Origin: Candidatus Latescibacterota bacterium
GTDB taxonomy: Bacteria; Latescibacterota; UBA2968; UBA8231
Length of the DNA stretch: 64,000 bases
Assembly: GCA_965243025.1 (NCBI GenBank)
Contig: CBDETY010000003.1
Span: forward strand, 4,480,001 to 4,544,000
Direction: 5' to 3'
A program made the translations under genes and the position numbers. Each line of letters starts with the position of its first letter. Position 1 is the stretch's first letter. Below the pieces are notes generated by a model that saw only the letters and a list, made by a program, of their open reading frames with translations, was not told where the DNA came from and searched no databases. This document shows, in pieces, positions 1-9,760 of this stretch.

Positions 1-786
1 GGCCGCTGGGATGCGTACGAGGACCGCATCGAGATCGGCACCAAACGGCTTCTCGATCTGCTCGACGAAGCCGGGGTTCGGGCAAGCTTTTTCGTCCTTG
101 GATACGCAGCCGAACGCGCTGCCGGGCTGATCCGCGAAGTCGCCGGCCGCGGCCACGAGATCGCCACCCACGGCTACGGCCACCAGTTCATCTACAAGTT
201 GACCCCGGACCAGTTCCGGGAAGACCTCAGGCGATCGATCGCCATCCTTGAACCTCTCGCCGAGGCTGCCATTGTCGGCCACCGAGCTCCCTATTTCTCG
301 ATTACCCCCCAATCGGAGTGGGCACTCGATGTGCTCGGCGAATGCGGCATCCGCTTCGATTCCAGCCTTTTTCCCGTTGTCAACTACCGCTACGGATTCC
401 CCGGCGCCCCGAGGGAAATCCACCGGATTCGCCCCGGACTGGTCGAATTCCCCCTCTCCACCTGGCGCTTCGGAGGGCGCAACATACCGATCGCGGGAGG
501 TGCCTATTTCCGCTTATTTCCTTATACTTTTACGAGATACGGCCTGCGGCGGATCAATCGATCCGGGCAGGCTGCGGTGTTTTATATCCATCCGTGGGAG
601 CTCGACCCCGACCACCCGCGTTTGAACCTGGCCGCACGCATCCGCGTCCCCCACTACCGCAGCCTTGGCCAGACAGTCCCTCGTCTTCGTAACCTGCTGC
701 GGGACTTCCGGTTCGGCACGGTGAGCCAGGTGCTCGGAGCAACGGATATCAGCGCTAGTCCGCAGAGGCCGCAGGAGGCGGTGTGA
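1..786 (+). CDS. Polysaccharide deacetylase (CE4, DUF3473/XrtA-associated type), 5'-truncated by window edge
   Basis: Frame is open from base 1: ...ASFFVLG...GHEIATHGYGH...GHRAPYFS...GGAYFRLFP...FYIHPWELDP, all typical CE4/DUF3473 motifs. Confidence 0.9.
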   Translation, partial: GRWDAYEDRIEIGTKRLLDLLDEAGVRASFFVLGYAAERAAGLIREVAGRGHEIATHGYGHQFIYKLTPDQFREDLRRSIAILEPLAEAAIVGHRAPYFSITPQSEWALDVLGECGIRFDSSLFPVVNYRYGFPGAPREIHRIRPGLVEFPLSTWRFGGRNIPIAGGAYFRLFPYTFTRYGLRRINRSGQAAVFYIHPWELDPDHPRLNLAARIRVPHYRSLGQTVPRLRNLLRDFRFGTVSQVLGATDISASPQRPQEAV

Positions 787-1451
787 AAGACCCGACCATG
801 GAGCTCACCTCTGCAGACCTGGTGCGGCGCTACTTCGACACCGAAGCGAAGCGTTTCGACGCGATCTACGAGGATCGGAAGAACTTTCCCCGGCAAATCG
901 TCGACCTGCTCTTTCACCGCGTCATCCACAGACGGTTCGCCCTGACCTTCGAACATTGCGGGGCCGTTGCGGGAAAACGGGTTCTCGAGGTGGGTTGCGG
1001 CTCCGGCCGGTACGTCGTCGAATTTGCGCGACGGGGAGCCGAGGTTGTCGGCCTCGACCTGGCGCCGGCCATGATTGAAATTGCCCGCAAAGCGGCAGCC
1101 GAAGCCGGAGTCGGCGGGCGTGCCCACCTCGAAACCGCCGACTTCTCGGACTGGCAGGCACCGCATCCCTTCGATATTTCCCTCGGTATCGGCCTGTTTG
1201 ATTACATTTCAGATCCTCGCGAGGCGCTTGCCAAAATGCGCGGGGTTACCACGGGGCAAGGGATTTTCAGCTTTCCGATCCGCTGGACAATGCGCTCGCT
1301 GCCGCGGTGGCTGCGGCTGACCTCGAGACGCTGTCCCGTCTACTTTTACGACGAGAAACAAGTGATTGAAACGATGAAAGCGGCCGGCTGGACCGATATC
1401 GCCGTTACCCGGCTCAGCCGGGATTACTTCGTCCACGCGACCGCCCGCTGA
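783..1451 (+). CDS. Class I SAM-dependent methyltransferase
   Basis: VLEVGCGSG motif I, GLDLAPAM; overlaps the upstream stop (GTGA). Confidence 0.88.
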   Translation: MKDPTMELTSADLVRRYFDTEAKRFDAIYEDRKNFPRQIVDLLFHRVIHRRFALTFEHCGAVAGKRVLEVGCGSGRYVVEFARRGAEVVGLDLAPAMIEIARKAAAEAGVGGRAHLETADFSDWQAPHPFDISLGIGLFDYISDPREALAKMRGVTTGQGIFSFPIRWTMRSLPRWLRLTSRRCPVYFYDEKQVIETMKAAGWTDIAVTRLSRDYFVHATAR

Positions 1452-1456
1452 CGCAT

Positions 1457-2422
1457 ATGAGAATTCTGATAACGGGAGGTGCCGGGTTCATCGGCTCTCA
1501 TCTCGCAGAACGGCATCTGCAGATGGGGGACGAGGTGGCGGTCATCGACAATCTCTCCACCAGCGACATCACCAACGTTCAGCATCTCGAGGGCCAGGAC
1601 AGATTCACCTGCAAGATCGACGACATCCTCAACTTCGAGTCGCTGCGGCCGCTGATAGACAACTGCGACATGATCTACCACCTCGCCGCGGCGGTCGGGG
1701 TCGAATACGTTCTCGAGAACCCGCTGCAAACCCTGACAACCAACATCCGCGGCACCGAACACGTCCTCGAGCTCGCCAACGAGAAGAAGAAGAAGGTAAT
1801 CCTCGCCTCGACTTCGGAGATCTACGGCAAGAAAAACGGCAACGTCCCGTTCCGGGAGGACAGCGACCGCATTCTGGGTCCCACGACGGTGGTGCGCTGG
1901 AGCTATTCGACGACCAAGGCGGTCGACGAGCTGCTCGCCCTCGCCTACTGGAAGGAAAAGCGCTTGCCGGTGGTCATCGTCCGGCCCTTCAACGTGATCG
2001 GCCCCCGCCAGACCGGGCATTTCGGCATGGTGGTTCCCCGCCTGATCAAGCAGGCTGTTCTCGGTCACCCGATCACGGTATACGACAGCGGCGAGCAGCG
2101 CCGCTGCTGGACCTACATCGATGACGCCATCGACGGGTTCGTCGGGCTCGCCCTCAGCGACAATGCGATCGGCGAGATCGTCAACCTGGGATCGAACTTC
2201 GAGAGCAGCATCAAGGACCTCGCCTTCAAGATCAAGGAACTCAGCGGAAGCGAATCGGAAATCCAGTTCACTCCCTACGACCAGACCCGCCGCAACGGGC
2301 GCTACGAGGACCTGTCGTACCGCGCACCGGACCTGGAGAAAATCCGCTCCCTGGTCGGGTACGATCCCAAGGTGGATCTGGATGAAGCGCTGGCCCGAAT
2401 AATCGAGGATTACAAGCGCTAG
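1457..2422 (+). CDS. NAD-dependent nucleotide-sugar epimerase/dehydratase (extended SDR)
   Basis: ILITGGAGFIGSH, HLAA, STSEIYG, YSTTK (YxxxK), RPFNVIGPRQ. Confidence 0.93.
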   Translation: MRILITGGAGFIGSHLAERHLQMGDEVAVIDNLSTSDITNVQHLEGQDRFTCKIDDILNFESLRPLIDNCDMIYHLAAAVGVEYVLENPLQTLTTNIRGTEHVLELANEKKKKVILASTSEIYGKKNGNVPFREDSDRILGPTTVVRWSYSTTKAVDELLALAYWKEKRLPVVIVRPFNVIGPRQTGHFGMVVPRLIKQAVLGHPITVYDSGEQRRCWTYIDDAIDGFVGLALSDNAIGEIVNLGSNFESSIKDLAFKIKELSGSESEIQFTPYDQTRRNGRYEDLSYRAPDLEKIRSLVGYDPKVDLDEALARIIEDYKR

Positions 2423-2443
2423 CAGGTCCCGGGTCGCGCCGGA

Positions 2444-2947
2444 CTACCTGACTCCCATCCCCTTCAGCAACCGGGGGGTTACCAGCCACTGCAGTTCTCC
2501 CCCTCCGCCCCTCAACTGCGACCAGTCCCCGATTTCCAGCTCGATCCGGGCCAGGCCCGCTGTCGGCAGCCGCACCGCGGCTCCACACAGCATTTCGACC
2601 CACTCCTCCATTCCGGGGTTGTGGCCTACCGCCATGACACAGCTGGCGCCGGACCCGAACTCGGCAACCACGGAACTCAGGACGTGGGGACCGGAGCGGT
2701 AGATTCGCTCATCGTGGACCAGCTCGGGGGACGGGGTCAGTTCGGAGGCGATCCCTTCGGCTGTCGCCAGCGCCCGTGCCGCCGGGGATGTTATCACCCG
2801 CTGCGGCAGAAGTCCTGTCCCCTGCAGGGCCCGGCCCACCCGGGGAACGTCCTTCATCCCCCGCTTGTTGAGGGGCCGTTCGAAATCGCTGGCGTCCGAA
2901 ACCGTCCAATCGGACTTGGCATGACGCATTACGTAAAGCGCGAGCAT
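2444..2947 (-). CDS. sixA: Histidine phosphatase, SixA family
   Basis: MRHAKS, DFERPLNKRG, SPAARALATA, VGHNPG, LPTAG. Confidence 0.88.
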   Translation of the reverse strand: MLALYVMRHAKSDWTVSDASDFERPLNKRGMKDVPRVGRALQGTGLLPQRVITSPAARALATAEGIASELTPSPELVHDERIYRSGPHVLSSVVAEFGSGASCVMAVGHNPGMEEWVEMLCGAAVRLPTAGLARIELEIGDWSQLRGGGGELQWLVTPRLLKGMGVR

Positions 2948-3077
2948 TGAAACTTCTCCCTGGAAGCGACTGCCATACCTAAGTTCTCCCTGAAAAGCGG
3001 GTTTCTTGTATTATTATTGATGTCCGGTAGATCACGGTTGTGTCGCTGTTGCGACCGCACCGGTTTCCCCCCTGGCC

Positions 3078-4142
3078 ATGGTGCAACCCCTCGAAATCAA
3101 TCTCGATCTGATCCCGACGTCCCGCTTCCAGCTGATCGACGTATCCGAACGGGTGCGCGAAGAGGCCGGCGACGCGCTCGATTGCTTCCAGAAAGCCGTC
3201 TACTGTTCCTGGCACACCACCGCCGGCTATCTCGAGCAGGGATTCTGCGCACGCCTGGGGCACAGCCGCAAACAGCTCGCCCCGTTCTTCGGTATCCTGC
3301 AGCGGATTTTTCCTTACGACGCCGGGTATTTCCATGACCGCATGCAGCTGCGCGACGAACTGAGCGATTCGGAAAAGCAGACCGAACCGGTAAACGCCGA
3401 TTCCCACCTGACTTTCATGAGCGCCGGTCTCAAGAACTGCGTGACCTACCTTCACAAACCGGACCAACCGGTCTATTTCGTCGAGCTGGATGGCATCTAC
3501 AGGGATATCGTTCGCCAGCGCCGCACCACCGTGCTCGGATACAACTCCGAGCAGGTCGTCCACCGCGAACGCCTGGCGCTTCCGGTGGCGGCGGATCAGC
3601 CGATCGAGTCCCATAACCTGAAAGACCCCCGCTACGGGTTGTTCCAACAGTTCGAGGAGTGGCTCGACCGCTTCGAAATCGACAAGGGCCGGATCGAGAT
3701 CCGCCTGGCCCCCGGGGAAAAGAACGCCGGCCTGATCGTCAACGAATACGAGACTCTGCTGATCCGCAAGGACCTGCCCGATGTACTGGCGGATCCGCTG
3801 CGCTACATGGTGAGGCGCAGCCGGAAGCTGCTCAGGAGACCGAGGCCCCTTTCCGAGAAGACGCGCGAGTACGAGTCCTACGACCTGATCCGGCTCTACA
3901 ACGAGTTCATGGACATTCTGCCCACCGGCCGGTCCGTGGTCGACCGCATCATTTCCGTGCTGTCGACGCCGGCCTACCGCCTCCTCCTCAAGAGATCGAT
4001 CAGTCTGCTGGTCTCCTCCAGCAGCGAGACAGGGGCTCAGCGTATCCTCCAGGGCACCTACCAGTCCCCCATTCTCGTCGAGCATCACCGTCCGGAATGG
4101 GGGGTCCGCCACCTCGACGTCACGGTCTCGAGATTCGCCTGA
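3078..4142 (+). CDS. Hypothetical protein with two tandem YjbQ/UPF0047-like domains
   Basis: N-half HTTAG, PYDAGYFHD, NADSHL, FVELDG; C-half AGLIVNE, GTYQSPILVE. Confidence 0.65.
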   Translation: MVQPLEINLDLIPTSRFQLIDVSERVREEAGDALDCFQKAVYCSWHTTAGYLEQGFCARLGHSRKQLAPFFGILQRIFPYDAGYFHDRMQLRDELSDSEKQTEPVNADSHLTFMSAGLKNCVTYLHKPDQPVYFVELDGIYRDIVRQRRTTVLGYNSEQVVHRERLALPVAADQPIESHNLKDPRYGLFQQFEEWLDRFEIDKGRIEIRLAPGEKNAGLIVNEYETLLIRKDLPDVLADPLRYMVRRSRKLLRRPRPLSEKTREYESYDLIRLYNEFMDILPTGRSVVDRIISVLSTPAYRLLLKRSISLLVSSSSETGAQRILQGTYQSPILVEHHRPEWGVRHLDVTVSRFA

Positions 4143-4218
4143 CGCCTCGCCCGCAACCCACCGGCGTCCCCGCACGTCCAGGAGACGGCGCGGCGCGCAT
4201 CTTTCCGCCACAGATCTC

Positions 4219-5556
4219 ATGCACGTAGACCCGTCGATTTTCAAAGCCTACGACATCCGCGGCATCTACCCGGAACAGCTGAACGAGGAGGCCGCCGAAG
4301 CGATCGGTCGCGCCTTCGCGACCTTCCTGGAACCCCGGGAGGTCGTCGTCGGCCGCGACATGCGCCTGTCCAGTCCGGCGATGTTCGAAGCCGTGGCCGC
4401 CGGTCTGAAGCGGCAGGGCGCCGACGTCATCGACCTCGGCATGGTCAGCACCGATCAGTTCTACTTCGCCTGCGCCACTCTCGGCAGGCCGGGAATAATG
4501 GTCACCGCCTCCCACAACCCGGCCGCGTACTCCGGTTTCAAGATGGTGCGTGACATGCCCTACCTGCTCAGCGGCGACGCCGGTATTCAAGACCTTCGGG
4601 AGATCGTCGAAACCGCAAGATACGGTCCGGAGGAGCGGCGGGGTGAAGTGCGGCGGATCGATCTCAGCGCACCGTTCGTCGACAAGCTTCTCGGCCTCAT
4701 CGACGCCAGTCTGCTGCGGCCGCTGAAGGTCGTCGCCGATACGGCCAACGGCATGGTCGGCCCCATCCTCGAGCGGGTGTACGATTCACTGCCCGTCGAG
4801 CTGATCGGGATGTACCTCGAACCGGACGGCCGCCTTCCGAATCATGGGCTGGACCCCATGCAGGAGGAGAACCGCGCCGACCTCGTGCAGAGGGTCCGGG
4901 AAGAGCAGGCCGACGTCGGGTTCGCCTTCGACGGCGACGGCGACCGCTTTTTCGTCATCGACGACCGCGGGAAGTTCGTGCCGGGCGACTTCCTGACCGC
5001 CCTGCTGGGAGGATACATGCTGGAGCGCCACCCGGGAGCCCGAATCATCTACGACGTGCGCTGCTCCTGGGCGGTTCGGGACTTCATCTCCGCCGGCGGC
5101 GGGAAGGCCCTCGTCGAGCGCGTCGGCCACGCCTTCATCAAGCCGCGCATGTTCGAAGAGGGGGCGGTCTTCGCGGGCGAACTGAGCGGCCACTACTACT
5201 TCCGCGATTTTTTCGGCGCCGATTCGGGGATCCTGCCGTCGCTGCTGCTGCTGGAAATCCTGTCGCAGCGGGGCAAGCTTTCGCGGCTGCTGGCCCCCTT
5301 CGAATCCGACTACTTCATCTCGGGGGAGATCAACTCCGAGGTGGCCGATCCGCAAGCCAAGATCGCCGAGCTGGCCGAACTCTACGGCGGCGGGGACATC
5401 GAGAATATCGACGGCATTTCGGTCAGCTTCGACGACTGGCATTTCAACGTGCGGCCGTCCAACACCGAACCGCTGTTGAGGCTGAACCTCGAGGGCAGGT
5501 CGCGGGAAACCATGGTGGCCAGGCGGGACGAAGTCCTCGGGGTAATCCGCTCTTGA
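4219..5556 (+). CDS. Phosphomannomutase/phosphoglucomutase
   Basis: FKAYDIRG, TASHNP, FDGDGDR, GELSGH, RPSNTEP. Confidence 0.95.
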   Translation: MHVDPSIFKAYDIRGIYPEQLNEEAAEAIGRAFATFLEPREVVVGRDMRLSSPAMFEAVAAGLKRQGADVIDLGMVSTDQFYFACATLGRPGIMVTASHNPAAYSGFKMVRDMPYLLSGDAGIQDLREIVETARYGPEERRGEVRRIDLSAPFVDKLLGLIDASLLRPLKVVADTANGMVGPILERVYDSLPVELIGMYLEPDGRLPNHGLDPMQEENRADLVQRVREEQADVGFAFDGDGDRFFVIDDRGKFVPGDFLTALLGGYMLERHPGARIIYDVRCSWAVRDFISAGGGKALVERVGHAFIKPRMFEEGAVFAGELSGHYYFRDFFGADSGILPSLLLLEILSQRGKLSRLLAPFESDYFISGEINSEVADPQAKIAELAELYGGGDIENIDGISVSFDDWHFNVRPSNTEPLLRLNLEGRSRETMVARRDEVLGVIRS

Positions 5557-5602
5557 CCGCTCCCGGCCGGCCCTTCCCGGTGCGCAGCAACCAGTAACGG
5601 CA

Positions 5603-7063
5603 ATGTCCAGGATCCAGGAAAAGCTGCTGCTGCTCGCCAGCGACTTCGTCGCCATCAACCTGGGCACCGCGGCCCTCCTGTGGCTGCGGTTCGCCGGCGG
5701 GAAGCTGGCCGGCGCCGCAGCGGCCTGGCAGGAACAGGCGGGCGCCAACACGGAGATGCCCTTCTCCTTCGCCCTGCAGTTCTACAGCTACGACGCCCTG
5801 CCGCTGGTGTACTGCTGCTGGCTGGTGCTGTTCGTCTTCTCCGGGATGTACCGCCTCGAGCAGCCGCTGTCCCGGCTCGACGAGGCTTTCGCGGTAATCA
5901 AGGTCGTAACCACCGGATTCCTGCTCCTGCTGCTGGCCACCTTCGACCTCGAGAGCGGCTTCTCCTTCACCCGTTTCCTTCTCGTGTCGTACTGGCTGTC
6001 CATGGTCTTCCTGGTCGCCGGGGGCCGCTTCGCCCTGCGGTCTCTCCAGCGCCGCCTGCTGATCTCCGGTGTCGGCCGCCGGAAGGCGCTGATCGTCGGC
6101 ACCGACGAGCGCGGCGAGCGGCTGCTGCAGGATCTCAACTCCCGGCCCGTGCGCGTTCACGAGGTCGTCGGCTTCGTGCGCGCCCGCAACGACGCGGAGC
6201 GTTCGTCAGTCGGCGACGTCCCGGTGCTGGGACAAGTGGGAGAGCTCGGCCGCATCCTGCGGGAAAACTCCGTGCAGGCGGTGCTGATCGCGCTGCGTTC
6301 CAACACCCACGAGGAAATCCTCGAGATCGTCGAGGCCGGCGGGGAGCTGCCGGTGTCGTTCAGCATCACCCCGGACCTGTACGACATCGTCACCGGGCAC
6401 GTGCGCACGAACCAGATCTACGGCATGCCCCTGATGGAGCTGAAGCCCCGGCTGCTGGCTCCCTGGCAGGAGGCGATAAAGCGCCTGGTAGACGTCGCCG
6501 TCTCCCTGGTGGTGCTGGCCGGCCTGCTGCCGGTCTGGCTTCTGACGGCGATTGCCATCAAGGTGAGTTCCCCGGGGCCGGTGCTGTTCCGCCAGGAGCG
6601 GGTCGGCCGCGGCGGCAGGGTGTTCACGATGTACAAGTTCCGCTCCATGCGGATCGACGCCGAAGAGCAGACCGGGCCGGTGTGGGCCGGCAGCGACGAC
6701 CCGAGGAGCACCGCGGTCGGCCGTCTGCTGCGGGCCCTGCATCTCGACGAGATCCCGCAGTGCATCAACTTCCTGAAAGGGGACATGAGCCTCGTCGGTC
6801 CGCGCCCGGAGCGGCCCTTCTTCGTCGATCAGTTCGCCCGCGAGATCCCGTTCTACATGCGCCGCTTCAACGTCAAGCCGGGCCTGCTCGGATGGGCCCA
6901 GTCGAAGCACGAGTTCGATCTCGACTCGAACGATCTGCACGGGATCGCCCGGGAGCGGCTCGAGTACGACCTGTACTACATCGAGAACGTCTCCCTCGCC
7001 CTGGATTTCAAGATCATGTTGCGGACGGTCTGGTTCGTCCTCGCCGGCAAGAGCACCCGCTGA
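5603..7063 (+). CDS. Polyprenyl-phosphate sugar phosphotransferase (WcaJ/WbaP-type initiating glycosyltransferase)
   Basis: N-terminal TM helices, CoA-binding-like domain, KRLVD, YKFRSM, LDEIPQ, GDMSLVGPRPE, DLYYIEN. Confidence 0.93.
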   Translation: MSRIQEKLLLLASDFVAINLGTAALLWLRFAGGKLAGAAAAWQEQAGANTEMPFSFALQFYSYDALPLVYCCWLVLFVFSGMYRLEQPLSRLDEAFAVIKVVTTGFLLLLLATFDLESGFSFTRFLLVSYWLSMVFLVAGGRFALRSLQRRLLISGVGRRKALIVGTDERGERLLQDLNSRPVRVHEVVGFVRARNDAERSSVGDVPVLGQVGELGRILRENSVQAVLIALRSNTHEEILEIVEAGGELPVSFSITPDLYDIVTGHVRTNQIYGMPLMELKPRLLAPWQEAIKRLVDVAVSLVVLAGLLPVWLLTAIAIKVSSPGPVLFRQERVGRGGRVFTMYKFRSMRIDAEEQTGPVWAGSDDPRSTAVGRLLRALHLDEIPQCINFLKGDMSLVGPRPERPFFVDQFAREIPFYMRRFNVKPGLLGWAQSKHEFDLDSNDLHGIARERLEYDLYYIENVSLALDFKIMLRTVWFVLAGKSTR

Positions 7064-7086
7064 AGTGCGGCGGCTTCCCAGACGCC

Positions 7087-8454
7087 TCAGAACACCCGGA
7101 CCACCGAACCGCGTTCCCGCTCGAGACGCGCGGCGACCTCTTGCGGAGTCACCGGATTCGGCGGCCACTCCGCCGCCGGCACCCGCGACAGCCGCAGCAG
7201 CAGCCGCGCCAGGTGGGCGACGTACTCCTTCAGTTCCCGGACGTTGAGCTTGTCGGCGCTGTCTCCCGGCTCGTGGTGGAAGTCCGAGTCGCCGTGGCGG
7301 GCGGCGAACCGCCAGCGCCACAGGTGCCCGGCGTCCAGGCCTGCCTTCAGGTAGGGGAAATGGTCGGACGAGGCGTCGAGTTGTGACATGACGTGGCACC
7401 GGTGCCCTTCCCCCATGCCGTCGAGCTGCCGCTGCAGGAGCGGCTGCAGGTGGGGGAAGCCGAGGACGACTCCCTTCATGTGCCCGGTGCTCAGCTCGTC
7501 GAGGTTGAGCGCCAGACGCGGGGGCCTCTCCGGCCCGTAGTGGCGTTCGACGAAGGCGAAGGACCCCTGGAAGCGCTGTTCCTCGGCGCTGTAGGTGACG
7601 AAGCGCAGGGCGCATCCCGGAGACTCGCCGGTTTCGCTGCGCAAGCGGGCGAGCACCCGCGCCGTTTCGAGAACGGCGATGACTCCGGAGGTGTTGTCGT
7701 TGCCCCCCGGGGCGCCGTACACGGTGTCGTGGTGGGCCCCGAGGACGAGGTGCTCCCCGGCCGCTCCGGCGCTCCGGAGCTCGCCGACGACGTTGGCTGA
7801 CCGAGCCCGGCCGGTGTCCGTCCCGGCGCGCAGGCGCAGGCGCGCCCCCGCGTTTCTGCGCAGCAGCTGGCCCTCCTCCCTGGAGACGGTGACGGCGGGC
7901 AGCGGCGGGCCGGTAAAATCCGGGTCCGCGAGGTCGTGGGCGCTGTGGTACTCCTTGCGGCCGCCCTCCTTGACGTCGATGAGGACCGCCGCGGCCGCCC
8001 CCGCCGCCGCGAGGTTGCGCAGGCGGTAGGCATGGGGGGACGGTGTCGCGAACGGGGCCTGCGCGAGCGCCATTACCGCTATCGACCCTCGCAGGCCCGC
8101 GGCCCCCGCGATTTCCCGCGCGGTCCCGAAACCTGCGTCGACCACCGGCGCCTCGATGTCGAACGAGGGGCACCATATCGTCGGCAGGAGATCGAGCTCG
8201 CGCCCGTCCTCGAGGGTGGCTCCGGCCCCCGACCAGGACCAGGTGTCCATCTCGTACTCCTCTACATCAACCGCATCGAGACCGCAGGCGGCCAACTGTT
8301 CGCGGATGTAGCCGATCGTCTGCCACTCCTGCGCCGACGATGCCCAGCGAGGGCCGATCTCGTCGCATAGCTTCTTCAGGTGGGCGCCGATGCGGGAGCC
8401 GGCCCAGGCCTCGCCGATCAGGTAGCGGTCGATCTCATGCCACGCGCTGTTCAC
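7087..8454 (-). CDS. M28 family metallopeptidase with PA domain
   Basis: IGPR, GAHHDT, NDNTSG, AEEQ..GS, NLDE, SDHFPY, HEPGD; AAAGGAG RBS upstream of GTG. Confidence 0.85.
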   Translation of the reverse strand: MNSAWHEIDRYLIGEAWAGSRIGAHLKKLCDEIGPRWASSAQEWQTIGYIREQLAACGLDAVDVEEYEMDTWSWSGAGATLEDGRELDLLPTIWCPSFDIEAPVVDAGFGTAREIAGAAGLRGSIAVMALAQAPFATPSPHAYRLRNLAAAGAAAAVLIDVKEGGRKEYHSAHDLADPDFTGPPLPAVTVSREEGQLLRRNAGARLRLRAGTDTGRARSANVVGELRSAGAAGEHLVLGAHHDTVYGAPGGNDNTSGVIAVLETARVLARLRSETGESPGCALRFVTYSAEEQRFQGSFAFVERHYGPERPPRLALNLDELSTGHMKGVVLGFPHLQPLLQRQLDGMGEGHRCHVMSQLDASSDHFPYLKAGLDAGHLWRWRFAARHGDSDFHHEPGDSADKLNVRELKEYVAHLARLLLRLSRVPAAEWPPNPVTPQEVAARLERERGSVVRVF

Positions 8455-8488
8455 CAGCGGAATCTCCTTTCCGTGCGACGCCAGTCAG

Positions 8489-8505
8489 TTCCGCCGACGG
8501 CGGAA
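8489..8505. promoter_or_regulatory. 8-1-8 palindrome TTCCGCCG-A-CGGCGGAA upstream of the M28 peptidase
   Basis: Perfect inverted repeat; could be an operator or a REP-like hairpin. Confidence 0.3.
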
Positions 8506-8684
8506 GGGTGGGCCTGCGGCGGCTACCGAGGCAGGAATCGCCAGTCCTTCCGAGCCGGCTGAAAAGCAGTTGGAAACCAGGCGAACGTCGAAATGGGGGG
8601 TTGTCCTCCTCGAGTCCCATTCGGGGGTGATCCCATTCGATGGAAACCCGAAACCTTCCCCGGAACTGAACGCTGCCAACAATT

Positions 8685-8807
8685 GTCCCCACAATTTATC
8701 CACACCGCTTGTGGATTCCGGGTCTTTTTCCACATTTCCGCCAACTGTGGGATTCTCGCCGATCCGGGGATCCACGGTAGCCCCAAGCCGCCAGCCTCCG
8801 GTCCACA
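8685..8807. promoter_or_regulatory. Cluster of DnaA boxes
   Basis: TTATCCACA 8696-8704 and TTTTCCACA 8726-8734 match TTWTNCACA; TGTGGATTC 8710-8718; weaker CCACA/TGTGG cores at 8685, 8746 and 8799. Confidence 0.55.
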
Positions 8808-8823
8808 GATACCGTACCCCGCC

Positions 8824-9615
8824 TCACTTCCCCTGCTTCCCCCCTTGCCCCGCCGGGTTGGAGCGCAGTGTTGCGAGGTTCTCCTTGAGCACCTGCATGC
8901 CGTACGCCATCGGGTTCCCGACGTTGAGGAAGCGGTACCCCCAGCGGTACTTCTCCTGGATCTCGGCGACCCCGAGGAGGGTGGTGCCGGCGACGACGCC
9001 GGATCCGGCGATTCTGCGGGGCACCTCCTCCATGATGCGCTGCACCTCGTCGCAGCCGGTCTCGGTGATGCGTCCGACGGAGGCCGACAGGTCCATCGGC
9101 CCGACCAGCAGGATGTCGAAGCCCCCGACTTCGACAATGGCGTCGAGGTTGTCGTAAGCCTCCCTGCTCTCCAGCTGCAGGATCAGGACCGTCTCCTCGT
9201 TGGCGGTGCGGATGACGTGGTTCCAGTCGACGCCGGCGACCCAGGGCCAGTTGGGGGTGATGCCGCGTTTCCCCTCGGGCGGGTAGTGGGCGTGCTCCAC
9301 CGCGGCGGCGGCTTCTTCCGGGGTGTCGACCTGGGGTACCATCACCGCGACCGCCCCCACGTCATACGCCTTCTTGATCAACCCGGCGTCGTTGTTGGCG
9401 ACGCGAATCATCGGCGCAATCCCCCGCTGGCGGATCAGCGCGGGAATGACGTCGAGAGTCTCGAACGAGTACGGTGAGTGCTCGGTGCAGATCCAGACGA
9501 AATCGATGTCGGCGTCGCAGATCATTCCCGCTACCTGCGGCCTGAAGGCGGGCAGCCCGGTGCCGAGCACCAGGTTTCCGTTCTGCAGCTTCTGTTTCAG
9601 TGGATTGGGATACAT
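8824..9615 (-). CDS. HpcH/HpaI family class II aldolase
   Basis: DFVWICTEHS, PMIRV, VMVPQVDT, YPPEGKRG, LQLES, VGPMDLS. Confidence 0.92.
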   Translation of the reverse strand: MYPNPLKQKLQNGNLVLGTGLPAFRPQVAGMICDADIDFVWICTEHSPYSFETLDVIPALIRQRGIAPMIRVANNDAGLIKKAYDVGAVAVMVPQVDTPEEAAAAVEHAHYPPEGKRGITPNWPWVAGVDWNHVIRTANEETVLILQLESREAYDNLDAIVEVGGFDILLVGPMDLSASVGRITETGCDEVQRIMEEVPRRIAGSGVVAGTTLLGVAEIQEKYRWGYRFLNVGNPMAYGMQVLKENLATLRSNPAGQGGKQGK

Positions 9616-9760
9616 GGTCCTTTCTCATCGCGGTTGGTGGAGTTGACGCTCAACAGGCGGAATCCCGGGGACGGGCATGGGCTGGCAACCCGACCGGATG
9701 GATTTACATGAACCGAGCTCGTCTTTGCCGGCCGGGGCGCAGCCCCCCGAATGCGGCGGC

